The notes under the pieces are model-generated. The model saw nothing but the letters and a program-made list of their open reading frames with translations, was not told the origin of the DNA and searched no databases. This document shows, one piece after another, positions 1 through 7,629 of a stretch of 11,521 bases of DNA; the first letter of the stretch is position 1, and every line of letters starts with the position of its first letter. The position numbers and the translations under genes were made by a program. The stretch is from Candidatus Bathyarchaeia archaeon (GTDB taxonomy: Archaea; Thermoproteota; Bathyarchaeia; Bathyarchaeales; Bathycorpusculaceae). The stretch is from assembly GCA_038882655.1 (NCBI GenBank), contig JAVZNT010000022.1:1-11521 (forward strand). Reading direction: 5' to 3'.

Positions 1-2
1 CA

Positions 3-968
3 AGGATGGCCAAGAAGCTCGGCGCCAAGGAGGTTATAATTCTTTATAGGCGGTCCCGTGAGGAAATGCCAGCACTCCCACATGAGGTGGAACTTGCCGA
101 GAAAGATGGGATAAAGTTCTATTTCTTGGTGGCCCCCAAACAGATTATAGGCGAGAATGGAAGGGTTAAGGCTGTTGAATGTCAAAGAATGCGTTTAGGC
201 GAGCCTGACGAGAGCGGAAGAAGGCGCCCAATCCCAATTGCCTTTTCAGAACATCAATACGAGGTGGACATGGTTATTCCAGCTCTAGGGCAAGTTGTTG
301 AAACATCGGTTTTGCCACAAGAGCTTATAAGCAAGGAAAAGCGGGGACCGCCGTTGCAAGTGGACCCACTAACACTGGAAACCAATGTTCCGGGAGTTTT
401 CGCCGGTGGGGATGTTGCCACCGGTCCGGCAAGCATTATTGAGGCTGTTGGTGCTGGGAAGCGTGCAGCAGTTTCTATACACCATTACTTGAGGGGTGAG
501 GATTTGCGGAAGGATAGGGAAGAAGAGAAGATTGAGGAGACTACTTGGGTTAAGAATTGGCGATTGTTGGACAAAAAGGAGCGCAGATATGACGCGCCGA
601 TAGAGAAGCCTCACCTAAGTTTTGAAGAGGCGAGGGAGTATCTTGAAAAGCTTAAGCGTCAAGCCAGATTTGAGGCTTTCCGCTGTCTTGGATGTGGACC
701 ATGTGCAGAGTGTCTTGCCAGCATGGACCTATGCGAGGGCGATAAGGCTGTTGTTGACGAGAGTAAATGTGTGGGCTGCAATGTCTGCGCAGTCGTCTGC
801 CCAGTAGAAGCTATTAAAAAGAATGAGAAGGGTGTAGCCCAAGTAAATGAAGAGCTTTGCAAAGGCTGTGGGCTTTGTGCAGCACGTTGTCCAGAAAGAG
901 CCATAACAATGAAGAAGCTTTCCAACGAGCAAATTCTCACAATGGTTTTAACAGCCTTGGAAAGGTGA
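3..968 (+). CDS. 5'-truncated FAD/NAD(P)H oxidoreductase: GltD/NfnB/SudA-like domain followed by an HdrA-type C-terminal 2x[4Fe-4S] domain (HdrL-like fusion)
   Basis: The frame is open to the left edge (AGG at 3-5 precedes ATG 6), and RMAKKLGAKEVIILYRRSREEMPA is an internal GltD-family segment, so ATG 6 is probably not the start. It has the second FAD motif GVFAGGDVATGPASIIEAVGAGKRAA and the Cys-rich EAFRCLGCGPCAEC. Two ferredoxin motifs follow (CVGCNVCAVVCP, CKGCGLCAARCP), and the tail AITMKKLSNEQILTMV parallels the HdrA tail [16 protein letters not shown] in this window. Confidence 0.85.
   Translation, partial: RMAKKLGAKEVIILYRRSREEMPALPHEVELAEKDGIKFYFLVAPKQIIGENGRVKAVECQRMRLGEPDESGRRRPIPIAFSEHQYEVDMVIPALGQVVETSVLPQELISKEKRGPPLQVDPLTLETNVPGVFAGGDVATGPASIIEAVGAGKRAAVSIHHYLRGEDLRKDREEEKIEETTWVKNWRLLDKKERRYDAPIEKPHLSFEEAREYLEKLKRQARFEAFRCLGCGPCAECLASMDLCEGDKAVVDESKCVGCNVCAVVCPVEAIKKNEKGVAQVNEELCKGCGLCAARCPERAITMKKLSNEQILTMVLTALER
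963..968 (+). promoter_or_regulatory. Shine-Dalgarno AGGTGA for the ORF at 975, overlapping the upstream stop codon
   Basis: AGGTGA at 963-968 lies 6 nt before ATG 975 and matches the archaeal GGAGGTGA consensus. Confidence 0.7.
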
Positions 969-974
969 AATGAA

Positions 975-1721
975 ATGGAGTCTTCTAACCCGCCAAAAAT
1001 TGTTTGTTTCATGTGTAACTGGGCCTTCTGCGAGGAGGAGATGCGTGTTCCCTACAATGTTGACATTATCCGCGTTATGTGCGTCGGGAGGATGGACCCG
1101 ACGCTGGTTCTGGAAACCTTTGCTGATGGAGCTGAGGGCGTGCTACTTGTTGGGTGTAAGCCCCCAGACTGCCACTTTGTAGACGGAAATCTCCACACTG
1201 AACGCGCCGTTAAAATGTTGAAGAAATTATTAGCTTTGGCTGGACTTGAGCCAGAAAGATTAAAGCTCTTGTTGGTCTCGCCGTTGGAGGACAAAAGCTT
1301 CAGTCACTATGCCAAAGAGTTTTCTGAAGAAGTTTGGAAGCTTGGAAACTCTCCGCTCAGCAAGGAAGAAATTATAGCCAATCTTACAGCGGCTAAGGAG
1401 GCGGCTTCAGCCTTTAGACTTCGCGTTTTGCTGGGAAGGGAGGAAGAGCTAACCGAATTCATGAACGCTTATGGCGAGAAAATATCAGAAGAAGAGTTTG
1501 ACGCTTTATTGGATGATATTGTCAAGGCTGAGTTTATTCGCTATAAAATTCACTATTTGACGAGGACTAAACCTCGCTCCGTTAAGGAGTTAGCCCAAAT
1601 TCTCGGGATAAAGCCGTCTGCTGTGCTTCGGCATATAACGAACATGAGGCGGAAGGGCATGATAGCCCTCGACCATGTTGAGGGTTATACGCCTTTGTAT
1701 AAGGCTTTGGAGGTGCGATAG
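975..1721 (+). CDS. mvhD: MvhD-like [2Fe-2S] hydrogenase iron-sulfur subunit fused to a helical linker and a C-terminal winged helix-turn-helix domain
   Basis: The N-terminal ~128 aa align with the canonical MvhD at 4753: PKIVCFMCNW, RVMCVGRMDP, GAEGVLLVGCKPPDCHFVDGN, GLEPERL, KLGNSPL. The C-terminal SVKELAQILGIKPSAVLRHITNMRRKGMI plus a beta-wing-like tail fits the ArsR/HTH_11-like wHTH pattern. Confidence 0.85.
   Translation: MESSNPPKIVCFMCNWAFCEEEMRVPYNVDIIRVMCVGRMDPTLVLETFADGAEGVLLVGCKPPDCHFVDGNLHTERAVKMLKKLLALAGLEPERLKLLLVSPLEDKSFSHYAKEFSEEVWKLGNSPLSKEEIIANLTAAKEAASAFRLRVLLGREEELTEFMNAYGEKISEEEFDALLDDIVKAEFIRYKIHYLTRTKPRSVKELAQILGIKPSAVLRHITNMRRKGMIALDHVEGYTPLYKALEVR
1709..1715 (+). promoter_or_regulatory. 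Shine-Dalgarno GGAGGTG for hdrA (GTG start at 1724)
   Basis: GGAGGTG at 1709-1715 lies 8 nt upstream of GTG 1724. Confidence 0.75.
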
Positions 1722-1723
1722 AA

Positions 1724-4700
1724 GTGGCTGAAGGTAAGGTTGGCGCAGTTCTCGTTGTCGGCGGCGGTGTTGCTGGAATACAAGCTGCTTTGGATTTGGC
1801 GGATTCTGGCTTTAAAGTGTATATGGTTGACCAGTCGCCAAGCATCGGCGGCGTCATGGCTCAGCTTGACAAGACTTTCCCAACAAACGATTGTTCCATG
1901 TGTATTCTGGCTCCTAAGCTTGTTGCCGCTGGACGGCATCCCAACATCTCGCTGATTACGAACAGCGAAGTGCTGGGCTTAAGCGGTGAAGCTGGAAACT
2001 TCGAAGTAAAGATTCGAAAACGCAGCCGCTACATAAACGAAGAAAAATGCAACGGCTGTGGGCTATGTGCACAAAAATGCCCAGTTGAAGCCATAGACAC
2101 CTACAACAAGGGCTTAACGGACAGAAGCGCAGTCTACGTGGAATTTCCGCAAGCGGTCCCATTACGCTTCAGGATAGACCGTGAAAAATGTATTGGTTGT
2201 AGGACATGCCAAGAGATTTGTAAGGCGAATGCCGTTGAATACGACCAAAAGGACAGCGAAATAATCCTCAACGTTGGCGCAGTGATTTTGGCTCCCGGCT
2301 TTGAGCCGTTTGACGCGCGGCTGAAAAGCGAGTATGGTTATGGACGGTATGCAAATGTTGTGACAAGCATAGAGTTCGAGCGCATTCTAAGCGCTTCTGG
2401 ACCATATGGCGGAATTGTTTTGAGGCCTTCGGACGGTGAGATTCCGCGGAAAATTGCCTTTGTTCAATGTGTTGGCTCTCGGGATGCTCAACTTGGGAAC
2501 AATTATTGTTCTGCGGCTTGTTGCATGTACAGCATTAAAGAAGCCATTATAGCCAAGGAGCACGTGCCAACAAAACTGGACTGCACGATTTTCTATATGG
2601 ATATAAGGGCTTATGGGAAGGAGTTTGACGACTATTACAAGCGTGCTCAAGAGGAGTATGGCATACGTTTTGTTCGTTCAAGGGTTGCAAGCATAACCGA
2701 AGACCCAGCTACTGGCAATTTGCTTGTTCATTATGTTGGCGAGGATGAAACTCCAAGAATTGAAGAGTTTGACATGGTTATATTGTCCACCGGGATGCAG
2801 CCGCCTAAAGACGTGGAGAAACTGGCTAAGGCTCTTGGAATAAAGCTTAACAAATACCGCTTCTGCGAAACCAACACCTTCACGCCCTTAGAAACTTCAA
2901 AATCCGGCGTATACGTTTGTGGAGCCTTCAACGCGCCAAAAGACATTCCGGAAAGTGTTGCCCAAGCAAGTGGCGCCGCAGCAAAAGCCATGGCAATAAT
3001 AGCCCCAGAACGTGGCAAGCTAATCACCGTTAAGGAGTATCCGCCTGAAAGGGACGTAAGCCAAGAGGAGCCACGCATAGGAGTTTTCATATGTCACTGT
3101 GGCATAAACATCGGCGGCATCGTGCGGGTTCCAGAAGTTGTTGAATATGCCAAGAAGCTTCCAAACGTTGTTTACGCTGAAGAAAACCTTTACACTTGTT
3201 CGGATGATACCCAAAAACGGATTAGGGAGAAGATTAAGGAGTACAACCTAAACCGTGTTGTTGTGGCTTCATGCACACCTAGAACTCATGAGCCGCTCTT
3301 CAGGGAGACTGCCCGAGAGGCTGGCTTAAACCCGTACCTATTTGAAATGGCAAACATCCGAGACCAGTGCAGCTGGGTACACATGCATGAGCCAGAAGAG
3401 GCTACAGAAAAGGCGAAGGACCTTGTCCGCTCCGTCGTCGCCAAGGCGAGGCTGCTGAAACCTTTGAAAAACCCAACAGTTAACGTCACCCCAGTAGCCC
3501 TTATTATTGGCGGTGGAGTTTCTGGAATGACTGCAGCGCTGGAACTAGCCAATCAAGGCTTCGAGGTTCACCTAGTAGAACGCGAGAAAGAGCTTGGCGG
3601 ACACTTAAGGAAAATCTATTACTTGCTTGAGGGTGAAGACCCGCAAAAGCACTTACAGAGGCTTGTTAAGGCTGTTATGGCGAACAAGCTTATCTACGTC
3701 TATTTGGGCGTAGAGGTTGTCGAGGTAAGCGGTTTTGTCGGCAACTTCAAGTCAAAAATAAGGCTGGACAGCGGTGAGGAAAAGGAAGTAGAACACGGCG
3801 TGGTTATTGTTGCAACTGGCGCCGTTGAGTACAAGCCAAAAGAGTATTTGTATGGCGTAGACCCCCGCGTTATGACCCAACACGAGTTAGAAGAGAAAAT
3901 AGCCAAAGGTGAATTCAAAGCTAAGAAATTTGTAATGATTCAATGTGTTGGCGCTAGAAACGAAGAGCGCCCCAACTGCGCGCGGATATGCTGTGGGCAA
4001 GCCATCAAAAACGCCTTAAAAATTAAGGAGTTAAACCCAGACGCTGACGTCTATGTTCTCTACAAGGATGTTAGAAGTTACGGCTTTAAGGAGGAGTACT
4101 ACCGTGAAGCAGCAGCCAAAGGCGTCATCTTCGTAAACTATTCTGATGAGAGAAAACCAAAAGTAACAAATGATGACGGGAAGCTGAAAGTAGCCTTCTA
4201 CGAGCCAGTGATAAAACAGGAAGTCCAGTTGGAGCCAGACTACGTCGTTTTAAGCGCTGCAACCATTCCGAATCCAGACAACAAGCGCATAGCCGAAATG
4301 CTAAAAGTGCCGCTGACAAAGGATGGCTTCTTCTTAGAAGCCCACATGAAGCTTCGCCCAGTGGACTTTCAAACAGACGGCGTTTTCCTATGCGGTATGG
4401 CTCATTCACCGAAATTCATTGATGAAAGCGTTTCCCAAGCGTGTGCAGCCGCAGCACGAGCGGCAACAATATTATCAAAGAAAGCCCTTGAAATGGAAGG
4501 AATTGTGGCAAGTGTGGATGAAGATTTATGTAGTGGATGCAGAATCTGTGAATTTCTATGCCCCTACGGCGCTATAGAAATGTTAGAGAAAAACGGCAAA
4601 ACAGTCGCACACGTGATTGAAGCCTTATGCAAGGGCTGCGGCGTATGCGGAACAGCATGCCCAACAAAAGCCATAACCCTCGGGCACTTCACTACAGAGG

Positions 4701-4756
4701 AAATCCTAGCCCAAGTTAGGGCAATATTGAAGGAGATGGAGGTGGCAGCCAAATGA
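1724..4756 (+). CDS. hdrA: Heterodisulfide reductase subunit A-like flavoprotein, tandem two-FAD type (1010 aa)
   Basis: Module 1: [21 protein letters not shown], inserted ferredoxin ([23 protein letters not shown]), EFER, QCVGSRD...[20 protein letters not shown]. Module 2: [47 protein letters not shown]...[16 protein letters not shown], and a C-terminal ferredoxin ([24 protein letters not shown]). Confidence 0.95.
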   Translation: MAEGKVGAVLVVGGGVAGIQAALDLADSGFKVYMVDQSPSIGGVMAQLDKTFPTNDCSMCILAPKLVAAGRHPNISLITNSEVLGLSGEAGNFEVKIRKRSRYINEEKCNGCGLCAQKCPVEAIDTYNKGLTDRSAVYVEFPQAVPLRFRIDREKCIGCRTCQEICKANAVEYDQKDSEIILNVGAVILAPGFEPFDARLKSEYGYGRYANVVTSIEFERILSASGPYGGIVLRPSDGEIPRKIAFVQCVGSRDAQLGNNYCSAACCMYSIKEAIIAKEHVPTKLDCTIFYMDIRAYGKEFDDYYKRAQEEYGIRFVRSRVASITEDPATGNLLVHYVGEDETPRIEEFDMVILSTGMQPPKDVEKLAKALGIKLNKYRFCETNTFTPLETSKSGVYVCGAFNAPKDIPESVAQASGAAAKAMAIIAPERGKLITVKEYPPERDVSQEEPRIGVFICHCGINIGGIVRVPEVVEYAKKLPNVVYAEENLYTCSDDTQKRIREKIKEYNLNRVVVASCTPRTHEPLFRETAREAGLNPYLFEMANIRDQCSWVHMHEPEEATEKAKDLVRSVVAKARLLKPLKNPTVNVTPVALIIGGGVSGMTAALELANQGFEVHLVEREKELGGHLRKIYYLLEGEDPQKHLQRLVKAVMANKLIYVYLGVEVVEVSGFVGNFKSKIRLDSGEEKEVEHGVVIVATGAVEYKPKEYLYGVDPRVMTQHELEEKIAKGEFKAKKFVMIQCVGARNEERPNCARICCGQAIKNALKIKELNPDADVYVLYKDVRSYGFKEEYYREAAAKGVIFVNYSDERKPKVTNDDGKLKVAFYEPVIKQEVQLEPDYVVLSAATIPNPDNKRIAEMLKVPLTKDGFFLEAHMKLRPVDFQTDGVFLCGMAHSPKFIDESVSQACAAAARAATILSKKALEMEGIVASVDEDLCSGCRICEFLCPYGAIEMLEKNGKTVAHVIEALCKGCGVCGTACPTKAITLGHFTTEEILAQVRAILKEMEVAAK
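4738..4744 (+). promoter_or_regulatory. Shine-Dalgarno GGAGGTG for mvhD
   Basis: GGAGGTG lies 8 nt before ATG 4753, whose ATGA overlaps the hdrA stop. Confidence 0.7.
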
Positions 4757-5193
4757 GCGAATCCCAAAAAGATTTTGAGCCAAAAATTGTTGGCTTTCTG
4801 TGTAACTGGTGTGCATATGCAGGTGCGGACTTAGCTGGTGTAAGCCGCATCCAATACCCGCCAAATATCCGTGTTATCCGTGTCATGTGCAGCGGCAGAA
4901 TAGACCCAGCTTTTATTCTTGAAGCTTTTAAAAATGGTGCTGACGGCGTTTTGGTGGCTGGCTGTCACCTGCCATCGGATTGCCACTATCTTAGTGGTAA
5001 TTTTAAGGCTTTGAGAAGGGTAACGCTATTAAAGAAGGTGCTTAAAGATTTTGGGATAGAACCTGAACGTGTGCGGCTGGAATGGGTCTCCGCCAGCGAG
5101 GGAGACAAATTCGCAGCCGTAGTCCGAGACATGGTTGAACAAATTAAGAAGCTTGGTCCAAACCCGTTGAAAATAGTGGAGGAGAAAAAATGA
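4753..5193 (+). CDS. mvhD: Methyl viologen-reducing hydrogenase delta subunit, [2Fe-2S] adaptor (canonical)
   Basis: Canonical motifs are present: [36 protein letters not shown]-x3-DCHY-x2-[21 protein letters not shown]. It overlaps hdrA by ATGA. Confidence 0.96.
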   Translation: MSESQKDFEPKIVGFLCNWCAYAGADLAGVSRIQYPPNIRVIRVMCSGRIDPAFILEAFKNGADGVLVAGCHLPSDCHYLSGNFKALRRVTLLKKVLKDFGIEPERVRLEWVSASEGDKFAAVVRDMVEQIKKLGPNPLKIVEEKK

Positions 5194-5759
5194 ATGAGAC
5201 AAAAAGTGAAGCCCGCGAATACGTTCCGCCAGTGATTAAGGCTGAGGAGCTTGACCCAAAGTTCAAGTATAAAATGAGCAAGATGCACGGCGCAGAAAAG
5301 GTGATGGTTTGCTTCCAGTGTGGAACATGCACAGCCGACTGCCCCATCGCAAGATTCAGCGAGTTTTACCGTCCACGCAGAATAGCCCGCATGGTTCAGC
5401 TAGGCTTGAAGGATAGGCTTTTACTGGACAAAGCTTTGTGGCTTTGTTCGTCATGCTTCACGTGTGTGGACCACTGTCCCCAAGGTGTGGAAATTGCAGG
5501 CATAGTTCGCGTTTTGCGGAACATGGCGGTGGCAGACAAAACCATTCTCCCACTGGTCTACAAGGAGTTAGCCACAAACCTCATGAAAAGCGGCTTTGTA
5601 TACGAGATTCCGGAATCAAGGCTTCAAAAACGGGTTGAGCAGGGATTGCCACCACTGCCTAAGCCAAACGTGAAAGAGGTTATGAAAATTTTTGAGGTTA
5701 CTGGCTCTGCGAGTTTGCTTGAGAAAGTTCAAACTATCGCAAAGGTGGAGAGCAGATGA
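5190..5759 (+). CDS. hdrC: Heterodisulfide reductase subunit C (2x[4Fe-4S])
   Basis: [12 protein letters not shown] and [18 protein letters not shown] motifs, plus [11 protein letters not shown] and LRNMA. It sits directly before hdrB, with GGAGG at 5178-5182 and an ATGA overlap. Confidence 0.93.
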   Translation: MNETKSEAREYVPPVIKAEELDPKFKYKMSKMHGAEKVMVCFQCGTCTADCPIARFSEFYRPRRIARMVQLGLKDRLLLDKALWLCSSCFTCVDHCPQGVEIAGIVRVLRNMAVADKTILPLVYKELATNLMKSGFVYEIPESRLQKRVEQGLPPLPKPNVKEVMKIFEVTGSASLLEKVQTIAKVESR

Positions 5760-6634
5760 GCAACCCAAAATATTTGTTGTTTCCAGGATGTGTAATCCCA
5801 TATAGGCTTTCAAGCTACGAAATATCTGCCAGAAAAGTGCTTGCCAAACTCGATGTGGAAATCGTTGAGATGCCAGAATACAACTGTTGTGGCTATCCAA
5901 TGGACGTTATAAACCATGACTTAATGCTGACGCTGGCGGCGAGAAACCTCTGCATAGCAGAAAAATTGGGCTTACCAATAATGGCGCTCTGCAACGGATG
6001 CTTCTGCAGCCTAAATGAAACCAACAAGATCCTAAAAGAGGACAAGAAGCTCCGCGAGAAGATTAACGGCTATTTGAAAGAGGTTAGCATGGAGTTTAAA
6101 GGCACAATAGAAGTTAAACATCTAATCTATGTGCTTTCAGAGGACGTGGGATACGAAAAGATAAAGAACGCCGTCAAAAAGCCTTTGGCTGGTGTCCGTG
6201 TAGCTCAACACAGCGGATGCCACGTTTTAAGACCCCGCAAATATGTGGGACGCGATGACCCAGAAAACCCAACAACACTTAAGGAGTTGATTAGGCTGAC
6301 AGGTGCCGAATGCCTAGACTATATGGATGAAACTGAGTGCTGCGGAAACCCAATAATTGGCGTTAATGAGGACGTGCCTTTCCAGATGGCTAAGGAGAAA
6401 CTTGACCACGTGCGGGCTGTGGGTGCCCAAGCGCTTGTAACTTGTTGTCCCTTCTGCCACATAATGTTCGACCTAAACCAACCCCGTATAGAAAGAGCCT
6501 TCAACGAAAAATTCAACATGCCAGTCCTCCACTACCCCCAGCTTCTAGGCTTAGCCATGGGCTTCTCGCCAGAAGAATTAGCCCTAAACGAGCTTAGAGT
6601 AAAACCAACAGAATTGTTAAACCGAATTAAATAG
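5756..6634 (+). CDS. hdrB: Heterodisulfide reductase subunit B (two CCG domains, non-cubane [4Fe-4S])
   Basis: Domain 1: FPGC, NCCG, LCNGC. Domain 2: HSGCH, ECCG, CCPFC. Also AARNL, QLLGLAMG and an ATGA overlap with hdrC. Confidence 0.95.
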   Translation: MSNPKYLLFPGCVIPYRLSSYEISARKVLAKLDVEIVEMPEYNCCGYPMDVINHDLMLTLAARNLCIAEKLGLPIMALCNGCFCSLNETNKILKEDKKLREKINGYLKEVSMEFKGTIEVKHLIYVLSEDVGYEKIKNAVKKPLAGVRVAQHSGCHVLRPRKYVGRDDPENPTTLKELIRLTGAECLDYMDETECCGNPIIGVNEDVPFQMAKEKLDHVRAVGAQALVTCCPFCHIMFDLNQPRIERAFNEKFNMPVLHYPQLLGLAMGFSPEELALNELRVKPTELLNRIK

Positions 6635-6645
6635 GTGTGAATTAT

Positions 6646-7629
6646 ATGGCAAAACAAAAATTGAAATTCGCCTTTTACTGGGCTGCAAGCTGTGGCGGAT
6701 GCGAAATCGCCGTCTTAGACATTAACGAGAAAATCTTGGATGTAGTACAAATTGCTGATATCGTGTTTTGGCCTGTTGCCATGGACATAAAATATAAAGA
6801 TGTTGAAGCCATGCCAGACAAATACATTGATGTATGCTTCTTTAATGGCGGAATCCGCAATAGCGAACAAGAGTATATGGCGAAACTTTTAAGGCAGAAG
6901 GCAAAAATCCTTGTAGCTTATGGTGCTTGTGCACATCTCGGCGGCGTTCCCGGGTTGGCTAATCTCCACAATAAGAAGGAAATCTTCGAACAAGTTTACG
7001 CTAAAACATTCTCAACAGATAACTCCAACAAGGTTTTCCCACAGCCGAAGGTGCATGTTAAAGAGGGCGAATTGGAGATTCCAGAGTTCTACGACACCGT
7101 GCGAACTCTAGACCAATCAGTGGATGTCGACTATTATGTTCCGGGCTGTCCGCCAGCGGTGGAGCGCACAATATTCGCTTTAGAAGCCGTAGCTAAAGGC
7201 GAGCTACCGCCGAAGGGCTCTGTTTTGGCGCCGTTAAAGTCTGTTTGTGACGAGTGCCCCAAAAAGAAGGAGAACAAGAAGATATCACGGATATACCGCG
7301 TCTACGAGAAGGCTCCAGACCCCGAAAAGTGCCTACTCGAGCAAGGCATTATATGCATGGGGCCAGCCACAAGGGGCGGATGTAGCGCCAGATGCTTGAA
7401 GGCTGACATGCCCTGCACCGGTTGTGGCGGACCATGTCCAAACGCTCCGGAGCAAGGCGCCGCCATGATAAGCGCTTTAGCCTCAATTCTTGGCTTAGAG
7501 GAGGAGAAGGAGAAATACACCGAGGAAGAAGTTGAAAAGCTTATAGACCAGATTAAGGATCCTGTTGGAACTTTCTACATGTATGGTTTACCAGCCTCAA
7601 TTTTGCGGAGGAAGGTGATTCGCACATGA
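6646..7629 (+). CDS. mvhG: Group 3c [NiFe]-hydrogenase small subunit
   Basis: ASCGGCE, YGACA, VPGCPP, SVCDECP, CLLEQGIICMGPAT, GGCSARC, PCTGCGGP. I place the start at ATG 6646 because AGGTGTGA (6633-6640) is an RBS that overlaps the GTG at 6637. Confidence 0.94.
   Translation: MAKQKLKFAFYWAASCGGCEIAVLDINEKILDVVQIADIVFWPVAMDIKYKDVEAMPDKYIDVCFFNGGIRNSEQEYMAKLLRQKAKILVAYGACAHLGGVPGLANLHNKKEIFEQVYAKTFSTDNSNKVFPQPKVHVKEGELEIPEFYDTVRTLDQSVDVDYYVPGCPPAVERTIFALEAVAKGELPPKGSVLAPLKSVCDECPKKKENKKISRIYRVYEKAPDPEKCLLEQGIICMGPATRGGCSARCLKADMPCTGCGGPCPNAPEQGAAMISALASILGLEEEKEKYTEEEVEKLIDQIKDPVGTFYMYGLPASILRRKVIRT
7613..7619 (+). promoter_or_regulatory. Shine-Dalgarno AGGTGAT for mvhA
   Basis: AGGTGAT lies 6 nt upstream of ATG 7626, whose ATGA overlaps the mvhG stop. 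Confidence 0.7.

Noticed and set aside
6-8. ATG 6 as the start of the first gene
   Set aside because: The frame is open to the edge, and the sequence begins mid-domain without the N-terminal Rossmann motifs.
858-881. 22/24-nt match to 2048-2071 (TGCAAAGGCTGTGGGCTTTGTGCA versus TGCAACGGCTGTGGGCTATGTGCA)
   Set aside because: It is explained by the shared CxGCGLCA ferredoxin motif and does not extend, so it is not a repeat element.
970-1182. 70-aa ORF starting at ATG 970
   Set aside because: It overlaps the MvhD-like gene out of frame, sits too close to the RBS and has no recognisable features.
6637-6645. GTG 6637 as the mvhG start
   Set aside because: It lies inside the RBS-like AGGTGTGA, and ATG 6646 has proper spacing.
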